From positions 310,001 through 374,000 of the forward strand of contig CM052817.1 of the NCBI GenBank assembly GCA_028534125.1: DNA of 64,000 nucleotides, given 5' to 3'. Below, piece by piece: positions 1 to 14,552 of the stretch. Below the pieces are notes generated by a model that had not been told where the DNA came from, did no database searches, and saw only the letters and a program-made list of their open reading frames with translations. A program made the translations under genes and the position numbers. Every line of letters begins with the position of its first letter. Positions within the stretch are counted from its first letter, which is position 1. The DNA comes from Lama glama (lineage: Eukaryota).

Positions 1-3000
1 TGGCCTTCCTGAGCATGTGGACCTGTCCCAGGACAGACAGGGTCAGACGGCTGCCCAACACTGCAGGCGCCTGGCCTGGGGCTCCTGTAACAGCTGGTGC
101 CACCTCAGCCCACTTCACGGGATGGGAAGGAGCAGGAGGCTTAAGCCTGCTGCCCTAGAGATGCCCTCCCCTCTGAGGCACCAGGGGGCTCATTTCCATG
201 AGAAACAGGTGCCCCTTAGGGGCTGGCCAGCCTCTTCCGGGCCCTGTGACCTCCCTGGGCACCTGGCCAGGCCAGCCAGTACCAAGCCCACCCGACTGCT
301 GGCTCTCCGGCCGCACCCAGCTCAACCCACACTTAACACACCTTGGGGCCTGCAGCTGCGATGATCATGTGCCCGGGAGCCTGGACCCAGGGCTCGCCGT
401 CCACCTGCACAGGTGTGGCCTTGAGGAGGGTGACACGGAAGTAGGACCCCTGGGCGATGCGGATACCAGAGCGCAGCCCACCCTGGACCTGACCCTGGGG
501 GCCAAGAGGGCGAGCCTCACTCAGCGGGCCCTGACGGACACCTCGGCCCTGGTCCCCACGCCCCGGCCCCCACACTTACCATGTGCACGACGCCCGTCAC
601 CCCCACCACCTCCAGCAGCCCGTCATCCATGCGTGGCTTCTCGAACTTGGAGTCATTGTCAGAGCCCCACAGGTCGGCCCCCGAGCCCCAGCTGCACCAG
701 GAGGGAGGGGCATACAGGTAAGAGTGCCCGCTGGACAGAAGGCCGGAGGAGGACAGAGCCCAGGAGCACCCCCCCGCCTCCCTGGCACCTGGGGATATTG
801 ATGAAGATGAGGCCCTCGATGTTGGGCAGCTCCACCTCCTGCTGCTCCACCTGCAGCCGGATCTCCCGGTGCAGCCCGCGGGCCTGGCTGAGCTTCTGCA
901 GCCCCACCCGCACGTACACGCCCTTGTTGTGGAGCCTGTGGGGCAGGGCAGCCTGCATCACAAGGTGGGGTGCGACCCCCGCGGCAGCCCCCGGGTCCTA
1001 GCCCCTGTCCCTCTGTCACTGCCGGGGGCCCCAGGAAGTAACCGCTCCTGCCCCCGCGCCTCCAGCACCTGCTCGTGAACTTGCCAGGCTCTTCCTCCCG
1101 AGCCTGGTGGAAGTCCAAGCTCAGCTCTGCATCGATGCCAATCCCACAGTAGTTACTCATGTGTACGATCTGAGAACAGGAAATCCTCCCGTGGCCCAGT
1201 CCACCCCCACCAGGTGCTCCCCACCCCCCCCCAGGTGGGTCCTGCCTCCTCGTCTCAGAGCTGCTTCTGCACCCAAGAGGGGGCAGTGTGGCACATGACC
1301 CAGCACGGCCAGTCCCCACCCTGTGCCTCAGCTTCAGGGGACAGCACTAGCGCCGACACCAAGGTGTGGCTGGGACGAGGACAAGGGCCTGGACAGATGT
1401 GGTAGTCGCCCACAGGGGCCCAACGGTGCCACACCCTGACCTGGGCACAGCAGTACCTTGGGCGGCTCTGCGTCCACCACACTGCCCTCCCCTCCACCAG
1501 CCTCCTGAGCGTCCAGCAGGATGGTCCAGCGGTCCATGAGCACAGCGTCAGCCTCGTCCACCGACAGCAGCACAGAGAATGGATCCTCTCCACTGTAGCC
1601 CGCCCCCCAGCGGAGGACCCGGCCCAGGTCATTCCCTGGGACACCGGCAAGAACCACACTGATTCTCCACAACCACCTGCCCACCACCCCAGGCCCCGAC
1701 TGAAACGGGGCAGAAGGGACAGGCCCCCGAGCCCCCCTCAACCCCCTGGGTGACCTCACCTGTGCCCAGGGGCAGGATGGCCACGGCAGGCTCTGGGCAG
1801 GCCAGACGGTGCCGCACCTCCTCCAGGGTGGCGAGCACCCAGCCCACAGTGCCGTCCCCTCCACACACCAGCACCCGGAAGCAGGGTACCTGGGAGAACA
1901 CGTGGAACCTGGCAGCAGGGAGACACGGTGTATCCTACCACCAGCCACATTCACAGCCACGCAACAGGAGGGCACAGGCAATCACCCCTGGGGCAGAAGC
2001 GGGTCGCAGCTCCTCCCACGTCCACGACGGCCCTTGAGGATTCTGCCCGTGAGCCATGCGAGCACTCTTGCTCCTGCAGCAGTGGGGCCCCACAGGACTC
2101 ACCCAGGCAGAGGCCCCCCGTTGGTCAGCTCGAAGACCTGGTGCGGGTTCAGCAGCTTCCGGAAACTGCAGAGCAGATCGCGGCCCTTGAGGCCTCCGCT
2201 TTTGGGGTTCACAAACACAAGGAGGGGGCAGCAGTCTGGGGGCAGCTTCGTGTGCTGATAGACAGGAGCTGCGTTAGGACGGGCTCCCATGGCTGCCACC
2301 CAGAGGCAGAGCTGCCTGGGCAGCGGCGGCCCTGGCCCTGAGCCCACCTGGCCAGAGCCCCCTCCTGACAGAGGCACACACAAGCCCCACCTAGCCAGTG
2401 GCCACTCGGGTCGCCTCCCACAGCAGAGGGGGCACGCACAGTCCACTGGCTGATGGGGCAGGGTGGTGCTGGCCAGCCGGGAGCTCCAAGCACACAGGCC
2501 ATGCCGCACCCGCCACGAGGTGAGTCATCAGGCCACACTCGCTGCCTGATGCTTGCGGCCTGCAAGCCCAGGCTGGAAGCCTACGCAGGACGCCACCTGC
2601 CCCCTCGGAGCCACCTGGCTCCCAGGGCCCCGAGCCACTCACACCGCAGTCAGGAGGGGGCCTCTCGGCCTTGGGACAAAGCTCATCCCCCACACACAGC
2701 CACAGAAACAGTGTCCAAGAGAGGTGGCAAGGGAGCTGGGGACCCTACGACAAGGGATGCTGGGTGACAGGAGACAGACAGGCGCAGGCATGGGGGGCAG
2801 TGGCGGCTCACGGGCTCAGCCGTGGCTCAAGGCCTAGGTAGGACACACTTGGGGTGACGTGTGACCTACTGGGCAGAGCTGCCTACAGTCACCACTTACC
2901 CGCTCACCCCAGGGCAGGCAGCTGCCAGGAGAGAGAAAGCACATGTTGGCATCACCCGCCCGTGTCTGCCCACAGGGGCCCTGATCTGCAGTGCCTGCAT

Positions 3001-6000
3001 CCCTGTCTGGACAGTGGGAGAGCCACTGGTCCTGACCCGCTCGGGGTTGGGGCAGGGCAACTGAGACCTGAGGATGTTGCCCACTCAGCCACAGACCCTA
3101 AACTCAGCCCGCTCTAATTCTGCTCAGCCTGAACTAGGGTCACGGGTCATGGACACCTGGGTGGGGGTTCCTTGGGGGCCAGCAAGGCTGAGGGCCAAGG
3201 CACATACCCAGCACAGGGCGGGGTCCAGGGCACTGCTGGGTCTTTAGGACAGCCTCCAAAGTCTGGCCAGAGGAGGCCCAGGGTGTGAGCAGGGGTCCAG
3301 AGGCCTCCTGGGCAGGGATGGTGGGGCCAGGGCCAGTGACTCAAGCGAGACCAAGGGCCATGCACAGTCACAAATACAGGCCAGCCCTCAGGAGGCAACC
3401 ACTGCAGGGCCACTCAACGGGTGTGCACGCCTCACCACTGGGCCTTGGGCCCTCCCTTGGTGTGAATCAGCCAGGCATAGCCAACTCGGACTTTGCTCCA
3501 ACTGCTCCAAGTATTAGACAAATCAGCCATAGAGGCCACGCCCCCCAGGCCCCTACCCGGTGCTACTCACCAGCACATCCGGGAGCACCAGGGCAGTCAG
3601 CGGCCGGCTGTGAACAGCCGTGTCCCTGACCAGCATATACAGCCGCTCGGCCTCGGCGAAGCAGGCCACGTCCAGCACCACGGCACCTGTGGCAGGTCAG
3701 CCATGAGCTCAGGTGTCTGTCCTGGAGCTCCAGCCCCTGTGGTACCTGGGCCAGGGGCCTTGCCTCGCCTCCTCCAGCGGGCCAATGGCCTCATCTCTGG
3801 CCACGGCCTGCTTCCAGCCAGCCCATCACAAGATGCCCCATGGTGCGTGACTCTCTCCCCTGGGGGGAGGCTTCAAGGACAGCTGGGCTCAGAGACAGGG
3901 CGTGCTGAGGGGTACAAGCAAGGCTCCCAGGAGGCAAGGGGAGCAGACATGCACCTGAGTCTCCCGGCCGCGCCGAGCCTCCCAGGACCCAAGAGAGGCA
4001 CGGAGGGCATGGGTCACTGCTATGGACCCACAGAGGGGACGCAAGGCTCATGGTACTTCTCTGCCACTTCTCGGGTGATGTGACGTTTTCCGTGGTAAAA
4101 GGTGTGCACCCACAGACAGGTCACGGGGGACACGTCCTCTGCACCTCAGTCACGCTTTTAGGCAAGAGCGTTACAGCCACGAGCCAGGAAATTAAACACA
4201 AACGTTTCCTGGGCCCACGGGTCACCAGCGGGACAAAGCAAGAGAGCAGGGCTCACATCTAGCCCATGAATGGCCTCTGAGCAAACCTGATCTCAGCCTG
4301 TGGGGCATCTCACCTTGAGAGGAGTAGATGTGGCTCATGGACACCAGGCCAGCTGCAAAGATGGATTGTGGTCAGGAAGTGCAGCACCTGCCCCAGGCCC
4401 TGCCTCCCAGGGCTGCCCATCCCAGACAGCACCCCCCACTCCAGGCCCAGGGCCCCCCCCCAGAGCCCAGGGCAGGCATCTCAGAAACCCCTCAGAGGAG
4501 GTGACGGGGTCTGGGCCCCAGAGGTGAGGACAGAGACCCTCTCGGCCAGAAACCAGCTCAGCAAAGGCTCCAACAGTGACTGGGAGTAGCAGGGGAGCAG
4601 GAGGACCCAGCCTTGCACAGCAGCCCACAGGCCTGCTCTCAGGACACCCGCCCTGACCCGCTGTGACCAAGAGCCTCAGACCAGCCCAGGCAGCCACACC
4701 TTTCAGGGACATAGCCTCGTCCAGAAGACTGCTGTACTCCTGGGGAGACAGGCCAGGAGGCAGACCTCCCACGAACAGAGAGACACGTGGGGCCACTGCT
4801 CTTCTCTCAGCCACATAGAACCGCGTGTGGCTCATCTGCCGTAGGGACGTCTATGGGCAGGGGAGGGACACTGAGCAGAGCACAGGGGACGAGCCCCGCC
4901 ACCCTCCCTGTCCACAAAGGGGGCCGAAGGGAAGATTCCCCAGGCTAAGCTCCCCTTGAATGCAAGAAGCAGGACACACAGGCTTCCTCCCTTGGGGAAC
5001 TCAGGGGGAGGGGAAGCACTGCTGGCCAAGGTTAGCTGCAGGCCAGGGTGGATATGGCATCCTAAGGGCAGACTCCCTCTCTGTGAGGCAGAGGCCCTGG
5101 CCTGGGGCCAGTGTCCACACCCACTGACCTGCCGGATAGCTTGAAGCCGGCCAAGCAAGAGCTCCTCGTCCGCCAGCACCATCCGCTGGACTGCAGGGTT
5201 GAGAGACGCCGCCCATCAGCACCTAAACCCCAGCCACCTCTGCAAACAGCTGCCCGGCGACCCCAGGGCACTGGGGCAGAACTGGCCTGGGCATCAGCTG
5301 CAGGCTGCCTACTCACCTTGCCTGCTGCCCATGAGCACCTCCAGCAGCTGGAAGCCCTCCGGACCCTCGTCCTGTAGGGATGGACTTTGGAGTATCAGAC
5401 CTGGATCCCCCCCACCCCACCAGGACCCACACGGGGCAACCACCCTGGGGTGTCTGGGACCAGGGCAGCCCGAGTACACACCTGGCGTCCAAGTAGTGGG
5501 AGGACCTCCAGCACCACAGTCTGGGCCGTGCTCTGCGGGGTCACACGAAGGGACACGTAGGCCACACCGACCCTGCAGGGGACGAGTTCAGGAGCTCTGG
5601 TGGCATGGCCCCCACCCTCTCCTGCCAGCACCACTGCCCCAGGCCTGGGCCTCACTTGAGCCAGGCAGGGTAGATCTTCAGGACCTCCTGGGTGCGGGGC
5701 AGAGCACGAATGACCCAGGCCTCGGGAACGTCTCGGGACCCTGGGCCTCTACTGCCCTCGTCCTCGGCAGTCCCACCGCTCCAGACCTTCCCCAGGGCCT
5801 CGGTGTCAGCGTCACCAGCCTGTGTGGGTGGGGGGAGCGCCTGCAGCTGGAAGGCCTGGGGGTCCTCCGTGATGTAGTAGGCCCGCAGCGCCGCCTCCTG
5901 CAGTGGGGGCCGGTGTGACAGGAGCCAGGCCGTGCTGGGCGCCCTGCAGCTCCCCCCAGGAGTGGGCCTGCAAGGCAGCTCCTTCTCACCAGCACCTCCT

Positions 6001-9000
6001 GGCTCCTGGCCAGGCGGGGGACGCTGATGACACGGAAGTGGTTTCTCTGCACTGTGTCGTTGCCATCGAAGATCTTCAGAGTTTGCTTGCCTGGGCCACA
6101 GGGAAGTGGGTGCAAGTACATGGGGTCGGGGATGGAAGGGGAAATGGGGGACAATATGGGGGCAGAATAAGGGATGAGCGAACAGGAGATGGGATGGGGG
6201 ACTGGGCAGCAGTTAAAGGCCACTTACTGGACTCCGGCGCCGCCACCTCTTTACCAGGGCCAGCAGGGGCGCTTCCGTCCACACCGTCGTCCCCATCACC
6301 TGTGGGAGGTCTCAGCTGGCCTCAATCAAGGCCTGCCCCCCCAGCCCAGTGCCAGTCCTTGCCGCCCGTCGCTCACCTGGCTCCGGGGCCGCGCTCTCGG
6401 AGATACGAAAGCAGTGCATCTTGCTGAAGTTGCGGGACAGCAAGCGCACGCACGCTGGGGGCAGGACCATGGTGCGCAGGCGCCCGAAAGTGCACTCGGG
6501 GGTGAGCGCCGCGGAGCAGACCGAATGGGCCTGGGTGGGGGTTGGGGTCAAACTTGAGCTGGGGCCCTCAGTGACTCCCCAGAGGTCCACACTGAGTGCC
6601 CCTGGTGGGGGGTTGGGCGCCACCCGCCAACCAGAAGAAGCCCTGATTCTCCCCTGTACATCCGAACCCCTATTCCCCAAAGTCAGAAAAGAGCGTGATG
6701 CAAACAAGCTCGGCGAGAAGGGGCGCCCCCACAACCCCTACCCTGCTTTGCCACTGGGCGGTGCAGCCCGCCCCCACAGGCCCCGCCCCGGCCCCGCCCA
6801 CCTGGACACCGCACCACTCGCAGCGTACACCGGCCAGCACGTCGGAAGAGCTGCACGTCTTCCGGCAGACCTCGCAGCGCGCGCCCGAGGACAGGTTCCC
6901 CTCCCGCCAGTGGTGGTGGTGTGTGTCCTGCGGAGAGGGCTGTCAGCGGGCTTGGCAGGGCCCCGGTCCCCCAGTGGCCCTCCGACCAGGCTCAGGCGTC
7001 CCTGGCCCTGCGCACTCACGTGGTCCCGGTGCCCGTCCAGGTGGCACTGGCGGCAGTCGCTGCAGGCGAAGGGCACACAGTCGGGGTGAACGTGCAGCTC
7101 ACACACTGGGGGGCGGGCAGGGTTAGGGGCCTCTCACCGCTCCTCAACGACCCTGCCTGCCTGCTTCCCGCCAGCCTCTCAGCTCTGGCCGGGTCCGCCC
7201 CTGGCCCTGGCCGCACTTCCTTTAACCTTCCTGGGCCCAACGTGTGCAGCAGGAGCAGTCCCCCATCCCTCAGCGGGATGGAAGCCAGCTTCTCCCCATC
7301 CAGCCCACCTCAGCAAGTAGCCGGCGCCCGTGCGCCCCCTGTGCCTCTGTGCCCCCTGCGGCCCCAGCACCTGCCTCCGTGCACTGGCAAGTCTAGAATC
7401 AGCAAACACTGCCGCCCCGCCCCTCCCCAAACCAGAGCAGCTGCCTGATCGCAGGGAGGGCTGGGCCACCCTGGGCAGGTCCCTGTGAGGGCGTGGGGCT
7501 CAGACCCCAAGGATGCGAAGCAGGCTCGAGGCAGATACCTTCGCAGCGAAGCGCGGGCGCCTCCAGGCCCTTTCGGCAGACGGCACAGAACTTGCGCTTG
7601 TAGTGACCCCGGGGGCCAAAGCAGTGGGCCACAGGGACCTGGAAGGGGCAGAGCACTGCCTTAGCCTGGGGCCTACAGCCGGGCGCCACACCCCCGATCC
7701 TGTCCCCCAAGCCCCACTTCTTCTCTGTCCCAGGGAGCTCCCATCACCATCTGCCTGACCACTATATGCCCCTGAATCTTCCTGAGCACTATTAACACGG
7801 TGCTGTGTGTGCCTCTCGCCTCTGCAGGCTCCCAAGGAGTCCTGCTGGGGACTGCCCAGCATGCCCATGCCCCATTCTGTGCAGGACGAATTCAGGGTGG
7901 CCCCAGGCTGTGATCTCTGACAGCCCCCTCTGCAGCTCAGACCCCAGCTGGTCCTGCCCAGGCCTGATCCAGCTGTGCGGGCCCTGACCACTCCCCCAAG
8001 CCTGTTGCCTTCCATGATGCATTTTGGCCCCCTGGATTAAAACACAGGTGAAGGGAGGCCCAATGACAGGCAGGAGAGGCAGTACTGGGTACCTGGGACC
8101 CCGGAGAACCACAGGGCCAGGGTCAGAACCACCAGGAAGTGAGGCCCAGCCTCTGCCCAGGGAGGGGCCCACGTGCAGGGATACAGTCTGTGGCTCAGGA
8201 GCCCAGACCAGCACAAGGGGACACTCCCACCCCAGCCCCTCAGGGCTTGTGCCACTGCCCACCCCATCCAACCCACCAGCCTGACTCCCAGCCCAGCCTC
8301 TGCCACAAAAGCTGGCCTCCCCAGACCCTCCACACCCTCCCCTGGCAAGTGCAGTAGCCCATGCTCCATACGCACGTGGACCAGGCTCGGGGCCACGCTC
8401 GTGCAGGGGGTCTTCACGTGCTTCACGCACTTCTCATGGGACATGAAGTTGCAGACTGTAGGAAAGAGAGCCTGTGAGTTGGCCCCCATCCTGCACAGGA
8501 ATCAAGAGACCCCAGGGCATCTTGGGAGGGAGGCCGCAGCCAGTGGCACTGATGGGCTGCAGCCTTCTGTGAGGGGCAGAGAGCCCATTGCAGTAGGCTT
8601 GCTCTCCCAGACCTGACGGGGGCAGTTTCGCAGTGGTGAGCCACCGCCGTGCCCCAGCCCCGTCCCACTGCAGGAATAATGGGCAGAGTGATTCCCACCC
8701 TCCTAACCCTCACCCTGGTCCTAGGAGCAGAGGGAGGGCCCAGCGACAGCCTGATTCCCTGCCCCACCTCTGAGAGCCCAGAGCAGAAGCACGGCCCTGG
8801 GTGCCTCAGACTATCCTGGATGATGGTGTATTCTGGTGTCCTGGGAGCGGCCCCTGCCCACCCCCACCCCCACATGCAGTCTTTGCTGAGGGTGGGCGGG
8901 CAGGTGGGCACCTGGCCAGCTCCTGCATCTCCACCTACCCCCCCAGACCGGCTTCGCCAGGGCCAGGAACACTCTTCCCTGACTCTATACATCTTCATAC

Positions 9001-10568
9001 ACCCCTAATTACCCCTCCCATGCATAACGCGCCTGCTCGGACTAGAGCCAGCCTGTGATAGACCAGGACCACCCCTCACCACCTGAGGCAGGCAAGGTGG
9101 CTGGCCCAGTGAGGGTCGCACCTGCCCTGCCCAGAGGGGTGGAGGCCCGGAAGCTCCAAAGGCAGTGAGCTATGCTCACAAGGCCTGCGGGGCAGCGAGG
9201 GGGCACCGTACCCATCCTGGGGAGGCACAGAGCAGGTCAGCTCCCTTCCAGGCACCAGACTGGCTCTGCATGGAAGGCAGCAGCTGCAGGCGGCGCCCAG
9301 CTTCCCTCTCTGGCCCACAGAGATAGCCCCTGCTCCCTCCTCCACATCCTGGGTGCTCCCCGACGGGAAGGGACTCTTCCTCCCACACCCTTGTCAGGCC
9401 CCTTTGCTCCCCAAGGTCACCAGCTGCCACATCACCCCCACTTCCCTTCCATGAACTTCTTCCCCCCTCTGCCCTTGAAGCCCACCTTCAGGAAGTCATA
9501 CCCCTGAGGGGACCCTGCCTTCTCCTGCCACTTCCCCTGGGGGAGGACATCATGCGTGAGGGGCACAGCCTCCTGTACCCAGATCCAGCCAAGCATCCTC
9601 TGCAGACCCTGGCCTGAGTGGCCCCTAGCCCCCAGAGCCAAAGGCCTGTCTCCCTGAGCAGGGCAGGCACAAGCCCGGTCCCCTGTGGAGGGGAGCAGGA
9701 CTGGAAGCATGTGTGTCAGCTGCCTGGGAGCCAGAGGAGGGAGGGCCTCCTCGCCCAGCCAGGCTGGCTTGGTGGCTGGGTGGAAGCCCTGTCGGGACAT
9801 GTCACACTCACGGCGGCAGGCCCCGACCCAGCTCTCTGGGAGTCTGAGCCTGGGCAGCACCAGCACTCGGCCACTATGGGCAGCAGCAGGCACCCAGGGG
9901 AGACTGACCAGCACCAGGCCCCAGGAGTCAGTGGTCCAGGCCAACTCTACCTGGCCTGCTCAGGGCTGGCTGGCTTCACCCCTCTCCAGTCACTGCACCT
10001 GCACGGTGCAGCTGCGATGTCCTTCCCCCATCGGATCCCAACCCAGGTGAGGAAGCCCAGGGAACCGTTCTTTCCACCTTCCTCGGGGAGGAGCCAAGGC
10101 CACTTGACGCCTTCAGACCCCAGAGGAGCGGGTCCTCGTCACTCCCCCGGGAAGGTCTGGGCCTGGCACACTCCCGCCCAGAGGGGCAAGGAGCTCTGTC
10201 CTGGGGAGGCCATTGCTGGCAGTGCAGAGGTCAGAGGTGAGATGCCCGTTCTGGGCCAGGGGCTGGGGTCTACAATGGGGTCGCGGGCGCTCACCATCAC
10301 ACAGGATGCCGGCCAGCCCCCAGATGAAGTCGGAGCAGAGGTGGCAGAAGGTGGGCTTGGTGAGCGTCACTTTCCTGAAGCTGTGGCCGGGCGCGGAGGG
10401 GCCGGGTGGCCTGGCGCCTGGCCTCTCTATCCCTGACCCTGGCCCGGACCCCGGCCCCAGTCGCGAGCGGCTTCCGGCGCCCAGCTCCGGGCTGGAGGTT
10501 GGGCTGCCCGGGCGCGGGGAGCCACCGCTAAGCCAGGCGCGGGCCCCGGACTCAGCTGCCGCCGCCAT
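1..10568 (-). CDS. DGKQ: Diacylglycerol kinase theta, 23 exons; last exon runs off the window start
   Basis: Exons with GT-AG boundaries, frame checked: 10295-10568, 8376-8455, 7539-7638, 7020-7105, 6802-6927, 6377-6530, 6228-6299, 5990-6090, 5656-5897, 5482-5572, 5317-5371, 5129-5190, 4700-4850, 4314-4352, 3571-3686, 2103-2254, 1760-1908, 1457-1635, 1069-1169, 789-935, 580-691, 342-494, <1-22. Three C1 domains ([17 protein letters not shown]; [17 protein letters not shown]; [17 protein letters not shown]), RA-like region, catalytic motifs [49 protein letters not shown]. Confidence 0.97.
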
Positions 10569-11100
10569 CCCCGGCCAGGGCGGCCCAAGCCCCAGTGGCG
10601 GACGAGTGCCGGGTCCGCGCTGAGGGCGAGAGGAACCGCGCTCCCCTGCGATACCCCCTCAGTCCGCCGTGGTCGGCACGGGGCTTCCGACTGCGCCCAC
10701 CGCCACTGCGCAGGCGCGGCCCAGCAGGGCGGGGCGAGGGGCGGGGCGATGGCAGGGCGGGGCCTGCTGTTGGGGACGGGGCGTTGGCGGGGCACTGCCA
10801 GGCTGGCCCGCGGATCCCGGAGTAGGCTGGGGTCTGAGCCGTGCGGCCTGGCGGACAGGTTATGTTTTTGGTGGCCCGACGACTCAAGCCAGTAGCCGGA
10901 ATCCGGTTCCTGGCACACGGCCTTCAAACCCCGAAGCGAAGGGTTTGCACCTCGGGGCCCAGGCCTGCGCCTGCGTAGACGGACACCTCCCACGCGGCCC
11001 CTGGATCCCGCGAGTAGCTCGCGGTTGCGCAGGGCGACGCGGAGAGCGCTCCGCCCTGCTCCGGGTCCCCAGAGTGGGGCTCGGCCCTCGGGGTCCCCCT
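10280..11100 (-). promoter_or_regulatory. DGKQ CpG-island promoter with GC boxes and NRF1-type sites
   Basis: Dense CpG around exon 1; GGGGCGGGG boxes about 10727-10762; TGCGCAGGCGC at 10707-10717 and TGCGCCTGCGT near 10966-10976; no TATA box seen. Confidence 0.8.
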
Positions 11101-12794
11101 GGAGTCAGTGGGGCGGGAAAGGGGCTGAGATCCCAGGGTAGGGGTCCCAGATTGAGGTCTGGAGAGGACCCAGAACCTCTGGGTCCACGTCTAGGCGTCC
11201 ATGGTGGAGGAGGCGGGCGATGGAGATGGCTCTGGGGCTGAGATGGCCTGCCTCCCCTGCATGCTCCAACCATCCTTGCATGGGCGGTTCTTGTCTGCAG
11301 GGTCTTGGGAGGCGTGGACCTTGCCCAGCCGCGAGCAACCCCAGGCGCTAGGCCCCTGTCCTCACCACAGACCGGACTCCTGGCCAGCGATGGCCAGGGC
11401 CTGCAGCCCGCCGGGACGCTGTTGTCCCGCCTGCTTGCGGATGGTTTCTTGCAAGAGGATTCTCCTCCCATCAGCTCTGCCTTGGGAGCCGGAGGGTCTG
11501 GCACCCTCCTGCATGGCCTGGCAGCTGACTTGTCTGTGCTCTGTCTCAGGCCTCCTGGACCCTTCCCCGTTGTGGAAGAACCTCCTCCACCGCACTCCCA
11601 GGGGATGCAGTGAATCCCAGCCCCCAAACTGCCCCCCACCCAGAGTTGTCTTTTCCAGTTGGTGCTGGAGAGGTGTCCAGGCGGGTCACCCTGCCCCACT
11701 CCGGGGTCCCTGCCCCTGTGGCCCTGACTGCAAATTGCAGTGGGAGTGACCAATCTGGGCATCATGGGCCAAGGGGCCTCCCTGGGACCTGGCTGGTCCC
11801 TGCCTTGTTTTTGTGAGCTACCCTGGAGCCAGGCCCCCACCACAGCAGGGCGAGCAGGGGCAGCAGGGCCCCAGAGGAAGAGAAAACTAGGGCAGGGGAG
11901 GAAGCCAGGGGAGGATAATATAGAGGAAAATGCCTGGAGGCTGAACTTGCTGTGAGGGGCTGCAGAGAGGGGACAGAGAGAAGAGATGAGATGGGTGGCT
12001 GAGAGAGGGAGGGTGGTGCCAGGGGCTGGCCTGAAGAGCAGAATGGCAGACCCCTGAGAAGGTGGGTGGGAGCTTGGCCTGGTTGTGCACCTGGAGTCCT
12101 GGGCTGGCTTCCCTGCTCCCCTGGGGCTGAGTTCTAGGGCAGATAGACAACACCACACTGAAAAACCAGCCCAAAACACCACTTAGTGTCTTGGTGCCAG
12201 CCATGGATGGGAGGAGCCAGGACTGAGTGACCATGAGGACAGACATCCAGGGAGGGGGAAAAAGAGCCCTGGGGCAGAGTGATGTTGAAAAGGCAAGGAC
12301 ACCCCTTCCTGTGGGGCTCCTCAGCTGGCCCCTGGGCACTGGGGCATCGGAGCAGCAGGCTCACTGCCCACCTCCCCCTCCCAGCCTCAATCCATGTGGC
12401 CTGAGGGCCCACTCCTCCCTGTCTCCTCAGCACATCCCCCAACCTGTCTCAGGCCAACCTGCCTCCCCCGTGGCCCAGCCACGCGCCTGCGAGATGCGGA
12501 GGTTTCTACTGAAGCCCAGTCCCCATAATCTAAAGCACAGCTGGCTTCTAAGGAAACAGGCTTTCAGTACACACCTTTCTCCCTCTGTGAGAAAGTGGAG
12601 AGCAGGGAAAACATCTTGAAAAGGAAAACCCACATCTGACAATTTCTGCAGAACTCAAACTGCTTTCTGATCCAGTATAGTAACTAAAATGGCAAACCTA
12701 CTTCCATCAAACTGTCCCATGAATTTCTTAGAAACCTTCCAAAATAATTAACAGCTTCTAGGTGAAGCTTAAACTTAAACCTTTGCTTGGGACA

Positions 12795-13110
12795 TTTTAC
12801 AAAATTCCAGACAGTCAACTTAAACAACAGACATTTACTTCTGTCGGTTCTAGACGCTGGAAGTCTGAGATCAGGGTGCCAGCATGGTTGTTTCTGGTGA
12901 GGGCCCACTTCCTGGCCTGCAGACAGAGAGAGAGGGAACTGACCCCCCCCACCTTATGATCTCATCTGACCCTAATTACCCCCAAAGGCCTACCTGCAAA
13001 TATCATCACACGGGGTTAGAGTTTCAATTTACTAATCAGCGAGAGAATCTACTGTTGTTTAAGCCACCCAGTTTGTGGTGCTTTGTTCTGGGAACCCAGG
13101 AAAACTGACG
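12795..13110. mobile_element. MLT1 (ERVL-MaLR) solo-LTR fragments, apparently in two orientations
   Basis: Typical MLT1A-like text (aacttaaacaacagacatttac...ggaagtctgagatcagggtgccagcatgg...ccctaattacc) followed by an opposite-orientation MLT1 end (tgttgtttaagccacccagtttgtggtgctttgtt). Recognised from memory. Confidence 0.75.
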
Positions 13111-13289
13111 TTCACACCGACTCTGCCAGCCTGACCAGAAGGCCCAGAAATGGCCAGTCCTGCATTATTTGGTGACTGGCTTCTCACCCCACATTTCGTC
13201 TTGGGCTCCACTGGTGGGTCTGTGTCCTGCTGCAGTAGGTGCTGCCTCTCAGTCCTACATCAGCAGGCTTGGATGTTGGTGCCAGACCT

Positions 13290-13710
13290 TGCCTGTTACA
13301 AAAAGCACTTCTGGAAACATTCTTGTCCATGTGTTTGGATACCTTGTGCACACATGTCTACATGTGTACCTTTACTTCTTAGAAAACAATCCCAAACAGC
13401 TCTCCAAAAGTAAAAGTTCACACTTCTACCAGCAGGAGACTTCCCTCTCTTCTGCTGCCCACTTTTGCCAGCCCTGGACACCAGCAGTCTCACATCCCAG
13501 CCTCTCTGGTAACGGTGCAGAGGTATCTACGTTGCTGTGGCTTTTGCCACCCAGTGGCGAGGGAGGCCAGCACCTGGTCCCAGATCGGTCTGCATCTGCA
13601 GCTGTTCTGATGAGACAATGCTAGGTGTCTTTGTCACTTTTTTATTGAGTTCTTTTCTTATTGATTTATAGGAATTCTTTATGCATTCTGGAAGTGACTC
13701 CTTTGTCAAT
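13290..13710 (-). mobile_element. Old L1 (L1M-type) 3' fragment
   Basis: T-rich decayed L1 text, e.g. ttttattgagttcttttcttattgatttataggaattctttatgcattctgga. Confidence 0.55.
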
Positions 13711-14552
13711 TACAGCCCATTCTGTCTTCTTAAACTTACTCTCTATAAAGTCGCCAGGAACTTAGAATCCCTGAGTCCTCGAATGCTGATCAGCCACTCT
13801 GGGGAAACTCAGAGTTGCTTCCTGCCAGCCTCTGGTCACAACATGTTCACCAATGGGTCAACACGGAACCCCGTTGCATGTGTTTTCCGTTCAGGGCCGC
13901 CTATTGGAGGCACACTGTTGACTCACCAGCACTGACCCCCGGCCAGCGGTGCTGTCCCTTGTCCTGAACGGAGCTCACCCGATGCCAGAGCTCCTCTGCC
14001 GGACACGGCCCAGTTTCTTGCACAGAACGCTGGGTGGAACGAGTACGTGGCTGGGGCCTGTGTAAGCAGCAAAATCACCAGCCGAGAGCACAAGAGTGGA
14101 AATGCAGCACCGAACCAGCAGGAGGAGGACACGCTCACAGGTGAGTGGACGCAGGAAGGCCGGGTCTTGGTTTCCAATGCTTGGCACACGGCCACAGGCG
14201 ACCTCAAAGGTGCCGTGAGGGTAGATGGTGGGGACAATGGGTCTTCGCAAAGACAGGACCCAGAAATATTGGGATGGACTGCATCCACACCCTCCTGCAC
14301 ATCACCTTCTCAGTGGTGGTTCTGGGTCAAAGGCATTCTTTATTTCCCTCTGTGCCAGCTGGTCAGCCTTTCCCTTCTGGGAAGGGCCTTTGAGTCCTGT
14401 TCAAGCACCTGCCTGCCCTGAGGCTATGAAGATGCTCCTGTCTGAGGAAGAGAGCTGTCTGTCTCCAAGTGTACACCTGCCAGCCCCCAGGCAGTGTGGT
14501 GTGAAGTGGGTCTCATGTCCACTCAGCCGACACATGGCCAGTCAGTGTGATG

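Noticed and set aside
10884-12182. 432-aa minus-strand ORF upstream of DGKQ
   Set aside because: Non-ATG start, low-complexity GC-driven composition, no homology recognised.
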